The position numbers and the translations under genes were made by a program. This document shows positions 52,038-64,000 of a DNA stretch of 64,000 bases, in pieces. Each line of letters starts with the position of its first letter. Within the stretch, counting starts at the first letter, position 1. Under the pieces are notes generated by a model, which did not search any database, had not been told where the DNA came from, and saw only the letters and a program-made list of their open reading frames with translations. This DNA is from Phoronis australis (taxonomy: Eukaryota; Animalia; Phoronida): NCBI GenBank assembly GCA_002633005.1, contig NMRA01000682.1:29450-93449 (forward strand), read 5' to 3'.

Positions 52038-52128
52038 CATTCACGGACAAAAGGACATTCTCTGCTGCGAGAAAAGTAAGTAGTATGATAGTGGCTTTCG
52101 TCTTGCAAACTGACAGCTCGTCTTTCAT
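52038..52128 (-). CDS. ZP-domain membrane protein, coding exon 1 (signal peptide)
   Basis: ATG at 52128 gives MKDELSVCKTKATIILLTFLAAENVLLSVN(G), with a hydrophobic core and a VNG|S cleavage-like site. Ends G|GTATGA (phase 1), matching the phase-1 acceptor of the next exon. Not in the ORF track. Confidence 0.8.
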
Positions 52129-52682
52129 TGCTCAAGGCCATGCTCTCTTTAACAACTCAACCTGTATAGCCTAATATTAAGCAACACGAGCTACTAGATG
52201 CCCTCAAGCCGACAAACCTCACTTATGTTGATTATCGAATATTTTGGGACCAACTTGATGACGGTATATGGTGTACAAGAAAGTTTGGTTTCTGTCACGG
52301 AAAGTGTGTTTGTGGTTGCTTTAAGTCCAACAAGTAGGCCTAACTTACAAAAAATACACCCCAAGTGTCGTTATGGACCGAGGAACCACAAGATTACTCC
52401 ACTAAAGAGATGAGATCAAAAATATGCCACCGGCGTGCCGTTTTTTGGTGCCACGCGGACATTTTCCCTTTGAAAATTGAGCTTGCCACCTACAGTTCCC
52501 CAAAACCCAAGCATCCAGTAGTGGGAACGAGACAGTTTAGTAGCAACTTTTCAATCACTCGCCTGTGGCCCACAATGTTTCCCAGTCAATTGGCACATCT
52601 GTAATCGCACATGTCTCAAGGCCTACTTTCAAGCCTATCTTGAGTGGTAGCACCTGTAAATTTGGATCTTACAGTATATTAA

Positions 52683-53608
52683 GGGGGTGTATACACTGGT
52701 CAAAACTCAAGGGTCCTAACTAAAATAATAGAAAAAAGTTTTTTCCTAGTTAGATATGACTCTGAAAGTGACCAAAAATCTTTAAAAAAATGTTTTATTG
52801 TATTCCTTTTTTAAATATTGCATTTTTAATACTCAGAAAATCCGATTTTGCCTCGATTTTTTTCAAAACGCATAGGCATTATTCCCAGCCGTTTTCTTAA
52901 GCAAAATTCAACTTATCCATACTGAATATATGCACAAATTCATTATCATCTTGTGAGTTTTTACGCGTGAGTTGTAGCAAGCACGCCACCTTCTGTCAAT
53001 TTGTCACTTTCTGTCCAACCCTTCTGCTTATATTCGGCTGATGAGCTACTGGCTCACCGTCGCACCTTCGACCAGATTTGTCCCAACTGCCTGAGTTCAA
53101 CCATGGTAGCCGCCTGCTCGAACCGGTATTACTTATGGACATGCTGGTAAAAGTCACAGCAAGACCCGTGCCCGTGTGTTGTCAAATCAGATGCTGACAT
53201 GCACCGTCATCCATGGAGTTCTGCGCCTCATGAGATGGTCTGGGGTGATTAATGCACCAGAAAACCCCAAATGATCCTGTGCGTGACAGATATTACAGGT
53301 ACTACAGTTATTTCGGTCCTATATGTAAAAACGTAGTCCAAGTTTAAAAAACCCAGGTACGCATTTATACTTCAGTTATATTTGATTTCAAAACTTCAAA
53401 TTTCCTAAAAATTGTCCTACGCGTTGTGGAAAAACAGGCCTTAGAATCTTCTCAGCACCCTGAAATCCCGAGCCGAGAAAAAGGCTTTGAACTTAAGCGG
53501 GTATCGATTGGTTCATGAGGTCAACATTTGTGCATCAATAATTAAGGGTTAGGTTAATATAAACATGTAAAAAACAGTCAAAATTATTTTTTTGTGTATC
53601 CACCTGCC
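52683..53608 (-). mobile_element. TTAA-flanked Kolobok-like element with transposase remnant
   Basis: TTAA|GGGGGTGTATACAC ... GTGTATCCACCTGCC|TTAA. Minus-strand fragments CINH...SM and QHVHK resemble Kolobok 'C..NH.GSS..ME' and 'C..HV.K' motifs. Confidence 0.55.
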
Positions 53609-53745
53609 TTAAGAACACCGCTTTGAGCCCACCAGTGCTATAAAGTGTCAAAAGTAACGAACTGTTAGGTGTATTAGTTTGCTTTTGTCTATTTCACCGC
53701 GAGAATCACATTTTAATAGAATTTTGCGAGGTTATAACAATAACT

Positions 53746-53920
53746 TAGACTTAACTGTGACGTCAACGGAAGTGGAACAAACGCTTGTCGTTTGGCCATT
53801 TTCCCGATACATTAGCAGAGTGCATTCTGTTGTTTACTTCGAGTTTTTAATCATTTAGTGTGGAAAATGCCAAACAAACATTGCTGTTATGGCAAACGAA
53901 ATTCAGATTCGAACTACAAT
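53746..53920 (+). mobile_element. Left end of a THAP-bearing DNA transposon
   Basis: TAGAC terminus-like sequence, CGGAAGT promoter motif and MPNKHCCYGKRNSDS THAP-like start at 53866. Confidence 0.45.
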
Positions 53921-55283
53921 ACGTTCCACCCCGTAAAAATACATTCTACACCTAAAATTATCACCTAAAAGGCGTTTACTTTCTTCAGTGATCCTTTCTG
54001 CTTCTAAACATATCTTCGATGAAGCATAGCTACGGGACATCAGGTGACTTTGGCGAACAATTCCAACTCCACTTTTTGATTACTGTTAACTTTGACCGCG
54101 GTCGCGATAACCACAAAGTATTTCAACTGAGTCAGGTGAGTATGTGGCAAAGGCTAGCCCGAGACTAAGCGAAGCGCGTGACCTTGCGCGTGACGCACTC
54201 TAGCGTGGGAAATATCAGTGAAATTCGTAGGATTTGTGTCTCTTGGACTTTTTGTTCGTCAATAGGCTTGATTTGAGCTAATTTCCTCGAAGTGGCACCC
54301 GATGAGAACCGCGAGGTTTTCGTGGACATGTTCAAGTTATTTTTAGACTAAATTGTATCCAGAGTCAGGGTATGTGCCAATTATAACTCCATGTGCACAT
54401 ATGCATATTTCGATTGATTTTATTTGTTGTATTTTGAAATGAGGACTTTTTATGGTGATATACTACCGCCCCTGTATGCCTGCGGCATTCTGACCAAGAC
54501 CGGGCGTGCGTTTAGTAGACGCTAGGACCTACGCTAGGACCTAGCTAAAACCTAGTCAACGTCACGTGTTTTCATTTGAAATACACGGCAATATCTCACG
54601 TAATCGCGCGAAGTCTTGCTTTTTAGCGAGGTCCTAGCGTTACTGAACGGGAGGCGGGTCGAGTTCCAATTTCAGTCCGTTTACAGCTTCGCACAACATA
54701 ACAAGTTCACATTTTCTTCGTCCATCCACAGTTATTCCACGATCCATCTACCATCGCTTTAATCGTGTTAATGTTTAAAGAGTAAAATTCACCATAAGAA
54801 CTCCAGTAAGAATTCGCGTGTGTAGCAAAGACTCGGAGCAAAACAAGAACAATATGGCGGGTTTTGCCCTCCTTCCGATGACGTCACATTGACTAACTGC
54901 AAACTCGCGAAGTGAGCTATTCAAACAGCTGCGAATCACCACCGCACGCAATGGTGATTTACTCAGACCCTTATGCAATGCTACTGTTATCGGCCTTTTT
55001 TTGTTCGAGCAGGAATCTCGCGGTGACGCAACATAGCGCGAAAAGGCAGCTTCAGCATCATTGACGGACCTTCATATGCGTGATTAAACTCGCGTTTTCT
55101 AATATTGTTTTAATCACGCATATGAAAAGGCTTTGCTAGGACTACCAGGTTAGCCAAATACATCTAAAATAACAAAATTCCGTTGAAGTTAGGCTTTAAA
55201 AGAGTCCAGAGAACGCATTACTTCACCTCTGAGCTCAAAATAGGTTGCATGTATATGCTGGATTTGGTAACTTCGAATTATTA

Positions 55284-55562
55284 CCGGGAGTTTCGGTAGA
55301 TACATGTAAGTCCATGAGCGTGTATTTGGAAAATGAAAATTTTCATGCCTTTCATTAAAACCGAATAAACGCCCGGGCGGAAAAGGGGGGCGTGAATGAG
55401 CTTTTAACAGAAAATTTTCCTAATAAACGCCCGCACTATCTGGATACTTGGCAGCAGAAATTCTAACACCAAATGAACGCCCAAAGGAGTATATTGAGCA
55501 TAATTTTCCGATTAAACGCAAATGGGCGTTTCATCGGGTGGGCTTACCTACGGAAAACCCGG
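55284..55562. mobile_element. TA-flanked CCG-ended MITE (pogo-like)
   Basis: TA|CCGGGAGTTTCGGTAG ... CTACGGAAAACCCGG|TA, with internal AATAAACGCCC repeats. Confidence 0.65.
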
Positions 55563-57950
55563 TACTGTACCGCTAGCAGTTATACAAAATGCATGATCAC
55601 TAGACTGAAAAAATGAAATTTAACAGAAAAAGCTTTGTTTACAACAAGACCTATTCCTGCGTAAATACAATTACTAGTGAAGCGATACCGAGTGGGATGC
55701 GTGTACGAGCGAAATCGAGCGGGACTCCATAAAAGCTTCCTTGAGAGCCCACTGCTGGCTACCATTCCCTACTCAGAAGCCCTCGGTCTCTTCTCAGAGT
55801 TGGACTGAGTGGAGGCCCTGAACATGTTTTTTCCATAAGTTATCACTGGATGTTTAATACACAATGATATTATTTAATAGGCCATACACTGTATTTCGTG
55901 CCGATAGCAACTTGTCTTCCAAGGCATATTAGCTTCCAGATCGACTTGAACCTCATGTCACATATGTTAGAACCGAAAGTTACTGCACAATAAGTCGCCT
56001 ACATGTAAACATATCCAACGTCACGTTGTCGCTAAGTTGACTAGATCGCAGTCATGGCTGAAACGTTCTCGCCGCGACCCGAAACTTATTGAGCCTGGTG
56101 TAAATAGTGATGACGAAATGTCACTACTTACGAGCCCAAAGGTGATTTCTAAACTGATAAAGGAATAAATTAAAACCATGAATATATTGGCTATTGGCCT
56201 AAATCAAAGTTGCCATTTTATAGAAAGCAGGGATTTGATGCCGCTTAAATGTGTAATATTTGATAAATCGAATACATTTTGTGAAACTCTCTGACTCACT
56301 TGCTGATGCTGTACAATTGCCGTGACTGTGCTTCAAGTTTGTGGAGTAAGGTAGTCAACGAAATAAGGGATAATGGTGTCGTCAGCAGGCCTTTTTAGAA
56401 GGTTTGATCATCTGTGTTGGTGACGGAGTCAGTGATTGAATCAAAGTTAATTTGGTTTGCCAGTGAACCAATAGTTCCAGACAAGAATTCTGAATGCACG
56501 TGGAATTTTAAGGACCAGAATTGGAAATTAACTAATTATGTCAAGGCCGGTATCTTGGCTAAGCCAAGGTACATGACGTCAGGTATTTTTGCTCACAGGG
56601 ATAGGTTGATCTATATCCAGTAAGGTTAGCTCGTACTAGCAGTGGATTGCAGTTATTTTTTGCAAATACTTCAGCTGCATTGGTTCCTAGGCCTTCTGTT
56701 TGGTCCCAGGGACTGGAGTTCGACCCTCGTGTTTGGAACCCTTATGTTTGGAACGTTTTTGGGACCTGAGTTGAATTTAGAGTCTTGGGTCTGTGCATTC
56801 GTAATGTGTGTTGATGTTAGTTGGTATAAGGTGGAATTGTTTCTAGACCATGGGTAATGATGCTGTCAAATCGTAGGGTAATCTCTCTCTATCAGTCGTG
56901 CGACTGAGTGCGTGGCAGGGTTTCAAACTGACACAATCGGGGAGAAAGATATTTCTAGATCAGCCCCTAGTCTCGTAGCCAGGCACCATTATCATTGGAT
57001 TTTGGTGAACAACTCTGACTTCTTGTTCGTTATTGGCAACGAAGGATGTGACGCGCATAACGCATTGGTGCGCTATTAGGCCCATGGACTTTTGTGCCGA
57101 ACTGCGCTAATATGCGAAACATACATGTAGGTGCATGCGCCAATGGGCAAACTAATTGCCGGATAAAAGAGGCATTATTTCGGATAAAGGCCTTTTAGTC
57201 TAAAGACTCGGCAATACGGTATACAAGCATGGACCCATGCTTTGAGGGAACCGAGTAAAATTAAAGGAGTGGTTCAAGTGCTGTCTCGATTGATGATACA
57301 CAGAGTTTATGAAATCCACTCCAGTTTATTGGCCAAAAGTTATGATACTATGCCTGAGAATTATTCGATTAAAATGTAGAGTGAAGGAAGGTAGGGCAGA
57401 GCAGACAATGGTTTATAAGTTTGTTGTAAAGTTGCTAAACAATCTCGCCCCAAGTACTATTGGGGGTGGGGATTTCTGGAACGCAGCAAAAAAAACATTG
57501 CGTACAGGTGGCGTTTTGGTCGTGTAGCGGATGGGAGAGGGAGTGTCCCGACATCACGGCACCCAATATAGAGAAGTGGCTGTGTGATACATGTACGTGA
57601 TAAAATCATAGAAGACCCTGGTTTAAGTCACATTAAGTGTGTTTATAGCGTTTTAAAGAGAGGACCTTGCTAAAAAGCAAGACTTCTCGAGATTACACGA
57701 GATTGCCGTGCACTTTAAAATAGAGCTCGTGACTTCAGCTAGATTTTAGCTAGGTCCTGGCGTACATATAGGTCCTGGCGTACATGTAGGTCCTGGCGTA
57801 CATGTAGGTCTTAGCGTTACTGAATGCACGCCCGATGCTGGCCAACCGACAACTGTGTAGAATTCAGTAACGCCAAGATCTCACTAAACAACAAAGCTTC
57901 ACGAGATTCCATGAGATGTTGCCATGTATTTTAAATAAGAACAAGTAATT

Positions 57951-59230
57951 ATTGCATCTGCTGTTTGCTGATGATTTGGTTTTATTTTCTTATAGTGTGA
58001 AAGGACTGCAGAAAAAATTGAACATTTTATATGAGTATAGCCAGAAATGGAAATTGATTGTTAACATGTCGAAGACTAAGATAGTTGTTTTCAGAAAAGG
58101 TGGAATGTTACGATCGTATGAAAAATGGACGTATGATGGGAATACTGTTAATATTGTAAATGCATATAAATATCTAGGATTAATGTTTACTACGAAAGGT
58201 TCGTGGTCTTGCGCACAGAAAACTCTATCATTACAGGCTACTAAGGCAGTGAATTTAATGAGAAAAAATGTCAATGGTTTTAATGCACTCCCTGTTAAAG
58301 TTAGTCTAAAATTATTCGATTGTAAAATATTGCCGATACTTCATTATCGCTGTGAGATCTGGGGTTTTAGTGATTGCGAATGTATTGAAATAGTCTACAC
58401 AAAATTTTGTAAAGAAATTTTAAATTTGCCTAGCACGGCAATTTCATCGACTGCTAGAGGTGAGATGGGTCGTTACTCCTTGATTGCTTACCGACTTCCT
58501 AGAATTATGAAATATTGGTTAAAACTAATAAAAACCGATGAGTCAAAAATTACATATCATTACTATGAATGACAGTACAATATGACGGAAAATGTTAATA
58601 AACCGTGCTGGGTTAATGATGTTAAGAAATTGCTATTTCAGTTGGCTTTTGGAGAAGCATGGTATAATCAGGGTGTAGGTTCCGAGACAAGCTTCATATC
58701 ACTTTTTAAACAAAGATGCAAAGATATTGATCAGCAAAAATGGCAAGATATTTTGAACAATTCGGTTAAGCTGGAAACTTACAGAACTTTTAAGTTAAAT
58801 ATATGTTTTGAAAACTATTTAGATGTAATTGACAATGTAAATGTTAGATCTGATATGGTGAGATTGAGATGTTCAGCGCATGCACTAATGATTGAAAAGG
58901 GTAGACACTTGAAACTTAGCAGAACAGAAAGGTTATGCCCTCTCTGTGTGAGGACATATGTCGAGTCAGAATATCATTTTGTTATCGAATGCCCATTCTA
59001 CGATGACCTTAGGAAACGATATTTGCCTGCATGGAGCTACAACAATCCCAATGTTACAAAATTCAACAGACTCATGACTATGGAGGAAAAAGATCTTATA
59101 TGGTCAACACGTAAATATGTTCATTTCGCATTCAAGCGAAGAAGAATTCGGTTTACTTCCAGTGTTTGACACTTACCTTTATTGTATTTGATGATTTGAT
59201 TGTAACAAGGGCCGGAGGCCTAGTTATTGA

Positions 59231-59288
<58 letters not shown>

Positions 59289-59289
59289 T
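57951..59289 (+). mobile_element. 5'-truncated LINE (RT C-terminus, CCHC finger, tail)
   Basis: LLFADDLVL, YKYLG and RLCPLC...ESEYHFVIECP.Y motifs with one in-frame stop at 58570. AATAAA followed by a (TA)n tail. 8-bp TSD AAGTAATT (57943-57950 / 59290-59297), inside a hairpin MITE. Confidence 0.92.
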
Positions 59290-59397
59290 AAGTAATTTGG
59301 GCTAGATTTTAGCGAGGTCTTAACGTAGGTCTTAGTGTTGCTGAACTCTAACCACCTCTTGATTTAGCCCATCGATAGTTATAAATTTAGTCTCAGA

Positions 59398-60750
59398 CAG
59401 CAGATGTCATAAAGGTGGTTTAAAGTTAAATCTGGTTAAAACTGAACTTAGACTAGGTTAAAAGATAATTTGAATTTCATAAAAGTCGTTTAACTTTTAG
59501 ACGAGTAATCTCGTGAAACCTGGTTTAACTCAAGTTTAGACCTGGAATAAGTCAGTTTTCATTTTACCAACGAGGTCTATATTCCTAAGGCCTGTATTAA
59601 GATCTTAAACGAAGTTTAACTTTAAACTTGATCAGACCTAGGTTAAATACTGTTAAATATAGCAGACTTGCACGATATAGGTGCAACTAAATGATGCCGC
59701 GGTGTGCATTTATGACGCAGTCTTCAATTTTCAGTTTTACAACGACTCGAGATCAAACGTAGCAGGAGAGGATGCAGGGTTTTTTAAAGAGGGGGGGAGT
59801 TCTGACCAAGGTTTTTTAAAAGGGGGATTCGTAGTCAAAAATTTAAAAATTCTAGATTTGATATCATTAAAACCAAGAGAAAGGGGTCCGGACACTTGTC
59901 CCCCAGGATCTGCATGTCTATGCGTAGACCAATAGAGCAGGGCGTTATCATCATAAGCACTCAGGGTAAAGACGGCATCTTCTGATTTTGTTACTGAGTT
60001 TTACCTCCATAGGTCCTCGATTTAGGGTTGCAATGCAGGGATCCTGCCCTGCCCTCTTGGCCGCAAAATATAAATGGTAAATTGCACGGAAATAAATTTT
60101 ACATGTATTACGTTGCTGCTAATCGTGAGCATGTAATTCAAATTGTGTACCTATGTGGGCACAGGCATTACAAAATGTCCCCTCATGATATCATAGATCT
60201 GTCATTGGGTACATCATTGTTTTTCTTTAGAATGTTTTCAGAGATGGATTTCCTTTCTGGCCTCCATTTTCAGGGATACCCTCAACCTGTTTGTCAATCC
60301 GTTTCTCCGATTGTGGGAACTGTGTAGCCAGTCTGGACCAATATATCTCCAGGTCTGCTGTTCACGTTGACTTGTTTTCTATAATATCGGCTTTTTCTCT
60401 GATCAGAACTGGGAGGGAACATGTTTCTAAGGGAGAAGCACGAGCTTATTACCGCTTTTTTGAAAAATGTTAAATGTAACACCTCATCATGATTGTCTAC
60501 GGATAACAGTCATTATCACACCAGCGCATTTTATTACCAAGTAAATGGAGTACAGACTGGGTAAGTCCTGGATAAAGATTGTGTCTGCGTTTGGCCATCC
60601 CAACTACAACTGTAATGGCGCATGCGATATGATAATGCCCGAATATAGCCGTCCCGCAGGTCGACCCAGTTTTCCCTTCGTCACTAATTTCCTTTCATCA
60701 TTGCTGCCACTGATTCACCTCCGGTCTCCAGCCAATTAACAACTTGGTGG
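59398..60750. mobile_element. Second, more diverged copy of the 29926-31060 Harbinger-like family
   Basis: 59398-~60060 aligns to the reverse complement of 31060-30340, including the nested MITE. 60250-60330 reads QPVCQSVSPIVGTV, resembling HARBI1-type SQPSVSRIV. Right limit uncertain. Confidence 0.6.
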
Positions 60751-63063
60751 TCACCATCTGTTTTTCCTCCTCGTCTGCCCTTACTCCAACCCCATCCACC
60801 AGTTCACATCCAACTTACACGTGTTTCCCTTATTTTCCAATTGGAATCTTCACTGCCACAATTTGTTCTGTTTGTGTTTCAATTTAAAGAGGCTTAGAAC
60901 GCGAAAAAATACTAAATTACATTATTCAAAGTGGTTCTCTGCCATTGAAACAGAATCCAAGCTGCTCATTAGGTTTTTACGTTTTTTTTTTGTAAAGATT
61001 TTGAATTTCTGTTGATGTCAAAACATTCTTTTCTTGATTTCACATTTCAAAAAGGACCTGTTAACTGCTCGTCACATTGTCGATTTTTTTCCCTCAAGGC
61101 AAAGCACGTCTCTTTCTTTGATATTAGGCAAGAAATATCGCTGGCCAAGTGAGTGAAGATTACGCACTTAAAATACGTAAATTAATTCTTTTTAAGCCGC
61201 AAATAATTTTTACGCTATAAAAGTTACTTTACGCCGCAACTAACTAGTTTACACCGCAAATAATTACTTTGCGCTGCAAATAATTGCTTTACGGATCTAA
61301 CAAGAATTAACTTACATACGAACATGTGATTAACATGCATAACGTTCACCAATTTGGACAACGATGGAGACATAGAAGCGGTGCATTTACCTAATAGGGA
61401 ACATGTAACCTTTGATGCAATCAAAACCATGGCGACTTTAAGGTGCAGCCAGTCCGATTAAGAGGCAATTGATTTCAGTCCTACCCACTTGAAATTAGTC
61501 ATACACGTACAAATTAGTATAGTAGCATTCTAATGTACTCTAAAATGGAGTTGGAATAAAATTTGGAAAATTGCTTACTTCACTGGCTTGCCTCATATTG
61601 TGCTATAGACCTCATATTAGAAGTGCAATCGCAAACCTCTGCAGATAATATCCATCTTGTCAGTCAGCTGTCGAATGTCGCCGGTTCCCTGCGTGCCGCT
61701 AGGTGGACGGTTGCCAGCGCGCTGGCTACGCACGCAGGGAACCAGCGAGCTGTCGAATGAGTGTGAGCGCATGCGCGCATGCATAATTGGGAGGGAGATT
61801 AAAAACTGGTGACTGGCAGAATTTTTTCATCACGCGTATTTCAAAAATGATGAATTTTTTGGCTTTTGTGGAAATTATGTCACAGGGAGAGTGGATAACT
61901 CATTAATACACGTTGCGTGATGGTATTTACGTCGGGAAATGTTTAAAATATATTTTAACGAGCTTTAACGTTCCACGTTTACTTATCCTTAAATGTACCT
62001 GGGCGACAGTTGGCCTACGCTAAGAACGCACGATTGGCTATAAGTACATTGTACTGAGAAGGCTACTGTGCTTTACGTGGGGACTACAAACTGGAGCGTA
62101 GCATTGCAACCCGACAGCTATGCGTTCTGGGTTCTTTGTGTCCCGTTTCATGGATTTCGGGTTCTTGGTTCCGGTCTTTTGAGTTATAATCCAGACACTA
62201 AGCGAACGAGTGTGCCCGTTTTAGCTACAATCGCCATTTTAGGTCACATTACAATTTTAAGGTGCTTTTTCTATCCTGACAAAGGACAAAAATTTTACCT
62301 CATTAACTTTGATTTGCATGCATAATTAGGTCAAAATTTAGCCTAATAGCATAAATTACATGCAGGAACCATTTGAAAGAATATTAGAAATTTTGGATGG
62401 ATTCTTATGTTCAGCGGAGCGCCCAATTACTTCATCACACGAGGTCATTCAAGGTCAGCATAACGTAAAAATTTCACCCTAAAAACGAAAAGTTTTGCCA
62501 AAATGTACCTAACATTTTTAAGTACAGGCAGTATGTGCGTGTTTCATAAGAAATCGCCACAGTTGGTCCAGATGTCCATTTTGAGTTGCCCTTGCGAACC
62601 TGATAAAAGGCAAAATAATTCGACCTTATCAACTTTAATTTGCATGCACAATTCGCTCATAGTTGTTGGTAATAATTTGGAGGTATCGGAAGATCTGAGG
62701 CTCATTCTTACCGGTATGTTAACCTGGGCGCCCAGAACATTTTTGACACTTTCAAAATCATTCTAGGTTAAAGTCAAGTAACTATTTCCCAAAATCGCTA
62801 TTTTTACCCAAAACAGTACATAACATTCAAAAAGGCCCGGTAAGTGCAGGTTATATAAGAAATAGCCATACTTTTTCCAAATGATTATTTAGAGTTGCTC
62901 TCAAAACCAAATAGGGCAAAAAGTTTGATCTGATAATTACCCGATTTGCTAGCATACCTGGATCCTAATGAACATCTTTCTACCCACTGCCGGAATCGGA
63001 GAATCTTCGTTTCCAGTAATCCACTGAATAACCCGCCTGTATGCTGGCATTCAAATACATGCT

Positions 63064-63302
63064 AATGCGCGCACTTAGCCTAAATTATAGGGGGGCTCGA
63101 ATTTTTCATGATGAGGACCTTTTATTGAAAAAAATCAACGAGGACTAAAAAACGGGCCACTAGGTTCAAGCCTATGAATTGTGTATCCGCGCCGACTTCC
63201 TGTGGACTTTCGTCTCGTTTACCATGAGGGCTTTTTGTTTCACGGAGGCGGAACTCTTTGCCCAATTCGAGCCCCCCGTAGTCCCCTCTGGGTGCGCCAA
63301 TG
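63064..63302. mobile_element. MITE, CATGCGCGCACCCAG-TIR family
   Basis: Ends AATGCGCGCAC / CTGGGTGCGCCAATG; flanks ATGCT / ATTCT (5-bp TSD, one mismatch). Confidence 0.65.
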
Positions 63303-63816
63303 ATTCTGCAAGGACAATCTCTACAGGGGGAACAATCACACCTACCACATCCTAACATGCAGAACCCGGGAAGAATACAGCAAACCCCCGTCCGAGGCAC
63401 AGAAAACTGGACACATAGAACCCGGGGCATATAGAATCCCGATATGAATAAAACGGGACGAATACAGGTAGAACCCGGGACACGTAAAAACCAGGACACA
63501 TGGGGATGACCCCAAAAAACGAGGCAGTTTCAAAACAATTTAATCCTACCACGATGTTCACCGGTGTCATTCTGAAAATCGACCGCGCAATGGTCAAAAA
63601 GAGATTTCAAAATGTTGCGAAAAATACTTGGAGCTACCGCAGTGAGGTCATTCCATGTATTCGTTCTCTTTTCTCGTCTACCTTTCCTCTCTACAAAGCA
63701 TTTCACTCACTGAAAACAGCCGTAGATTCGTATACTTACCGGATTCTGCTGCTGCAGCAACCTGAAGTAAAGAGTAGTTGTGTCTTAAATGTGTTGCTGC
63801 AGGTACATCATATCAG

Positions 63817-64000
63817 AGGAGTGGGAAGGAGGAAGGACGTGAGGAGAGATGGGGTGACAGTGGGGAGAAGAAAGTGAGGAGAGTTGGGGTGAAAGTGGGG
63901 AGAAGGAAGTGATGAGAGATGGGGTGGCAGTGGGGAGAAGGAAGTGAGGAGAAATGGGGTGACAGAGGGGAGAAGGAAGTGAGGAGAGATGGGGTGACAG
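63817..64000. repeat. 35-bp purine/G-rich minisatellite running off the window end
   Basis: Unit GAGGAGAGATGGGGTGACAGTGGGGAGAAGGAAGT. Confidence 0.92.

Noticed and set aside
57952-59169. Host protein-coding gene or active RT system
   Set aside because: 5'-truncated LINE starting at the FADD motif, with an in-frame stop, tail and TSD.
63122-63877. 125-aa ORFs near the window end
   Set aside because: They span a MITE, AGAACCCGGG short repeats and the minisatellite, and show no recognisable domain.

Overview
Repeat-rich animal genomic DNA, not prokaryotic (marine invertebrate or mollusc-like by inference). The one intact gene I can reconstruct is an 8-exon, minus-strand gene at 52128->9586. 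It has GT-AG introns, all splice phases are consistent, and the CDS is 1137 nt / 378 aa. It encodes a single-pass zona pellucida (ZP) module protein: signal peptide, ZP-N, ZP-C, RRRR furin site, TM helix and NPxY tail. Its introns and flanks are filled with nested transposons. These include three copies of a TTAA-flanked Kolobok-type deletion derivative, which keeps convergent THAP and 'YxFEP' gene starts, plus a second family with the same layout. There is an internally deleted Gmr1-order Gypsy element with a solo LTR, and a 6-kb CCC-ended CMC/EnSpm-like element with palindromic AAAACTTAAGTTTT arrays and an apparently spliced cargo. There are also LINE fragments (one with a twin-priming-like 5' inversion), ISL2EU/Harbinger/Academ-like remnants, and many CA...TG MITEs with 5-bp TSDs. 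The most unusual window-wide signal is about 35 copies of TACATGTA. Repeat paralog comparisons inside the window show these arose as independent +CATGTA insertions at TA sites. All calls were made by eye; no database searches were run.
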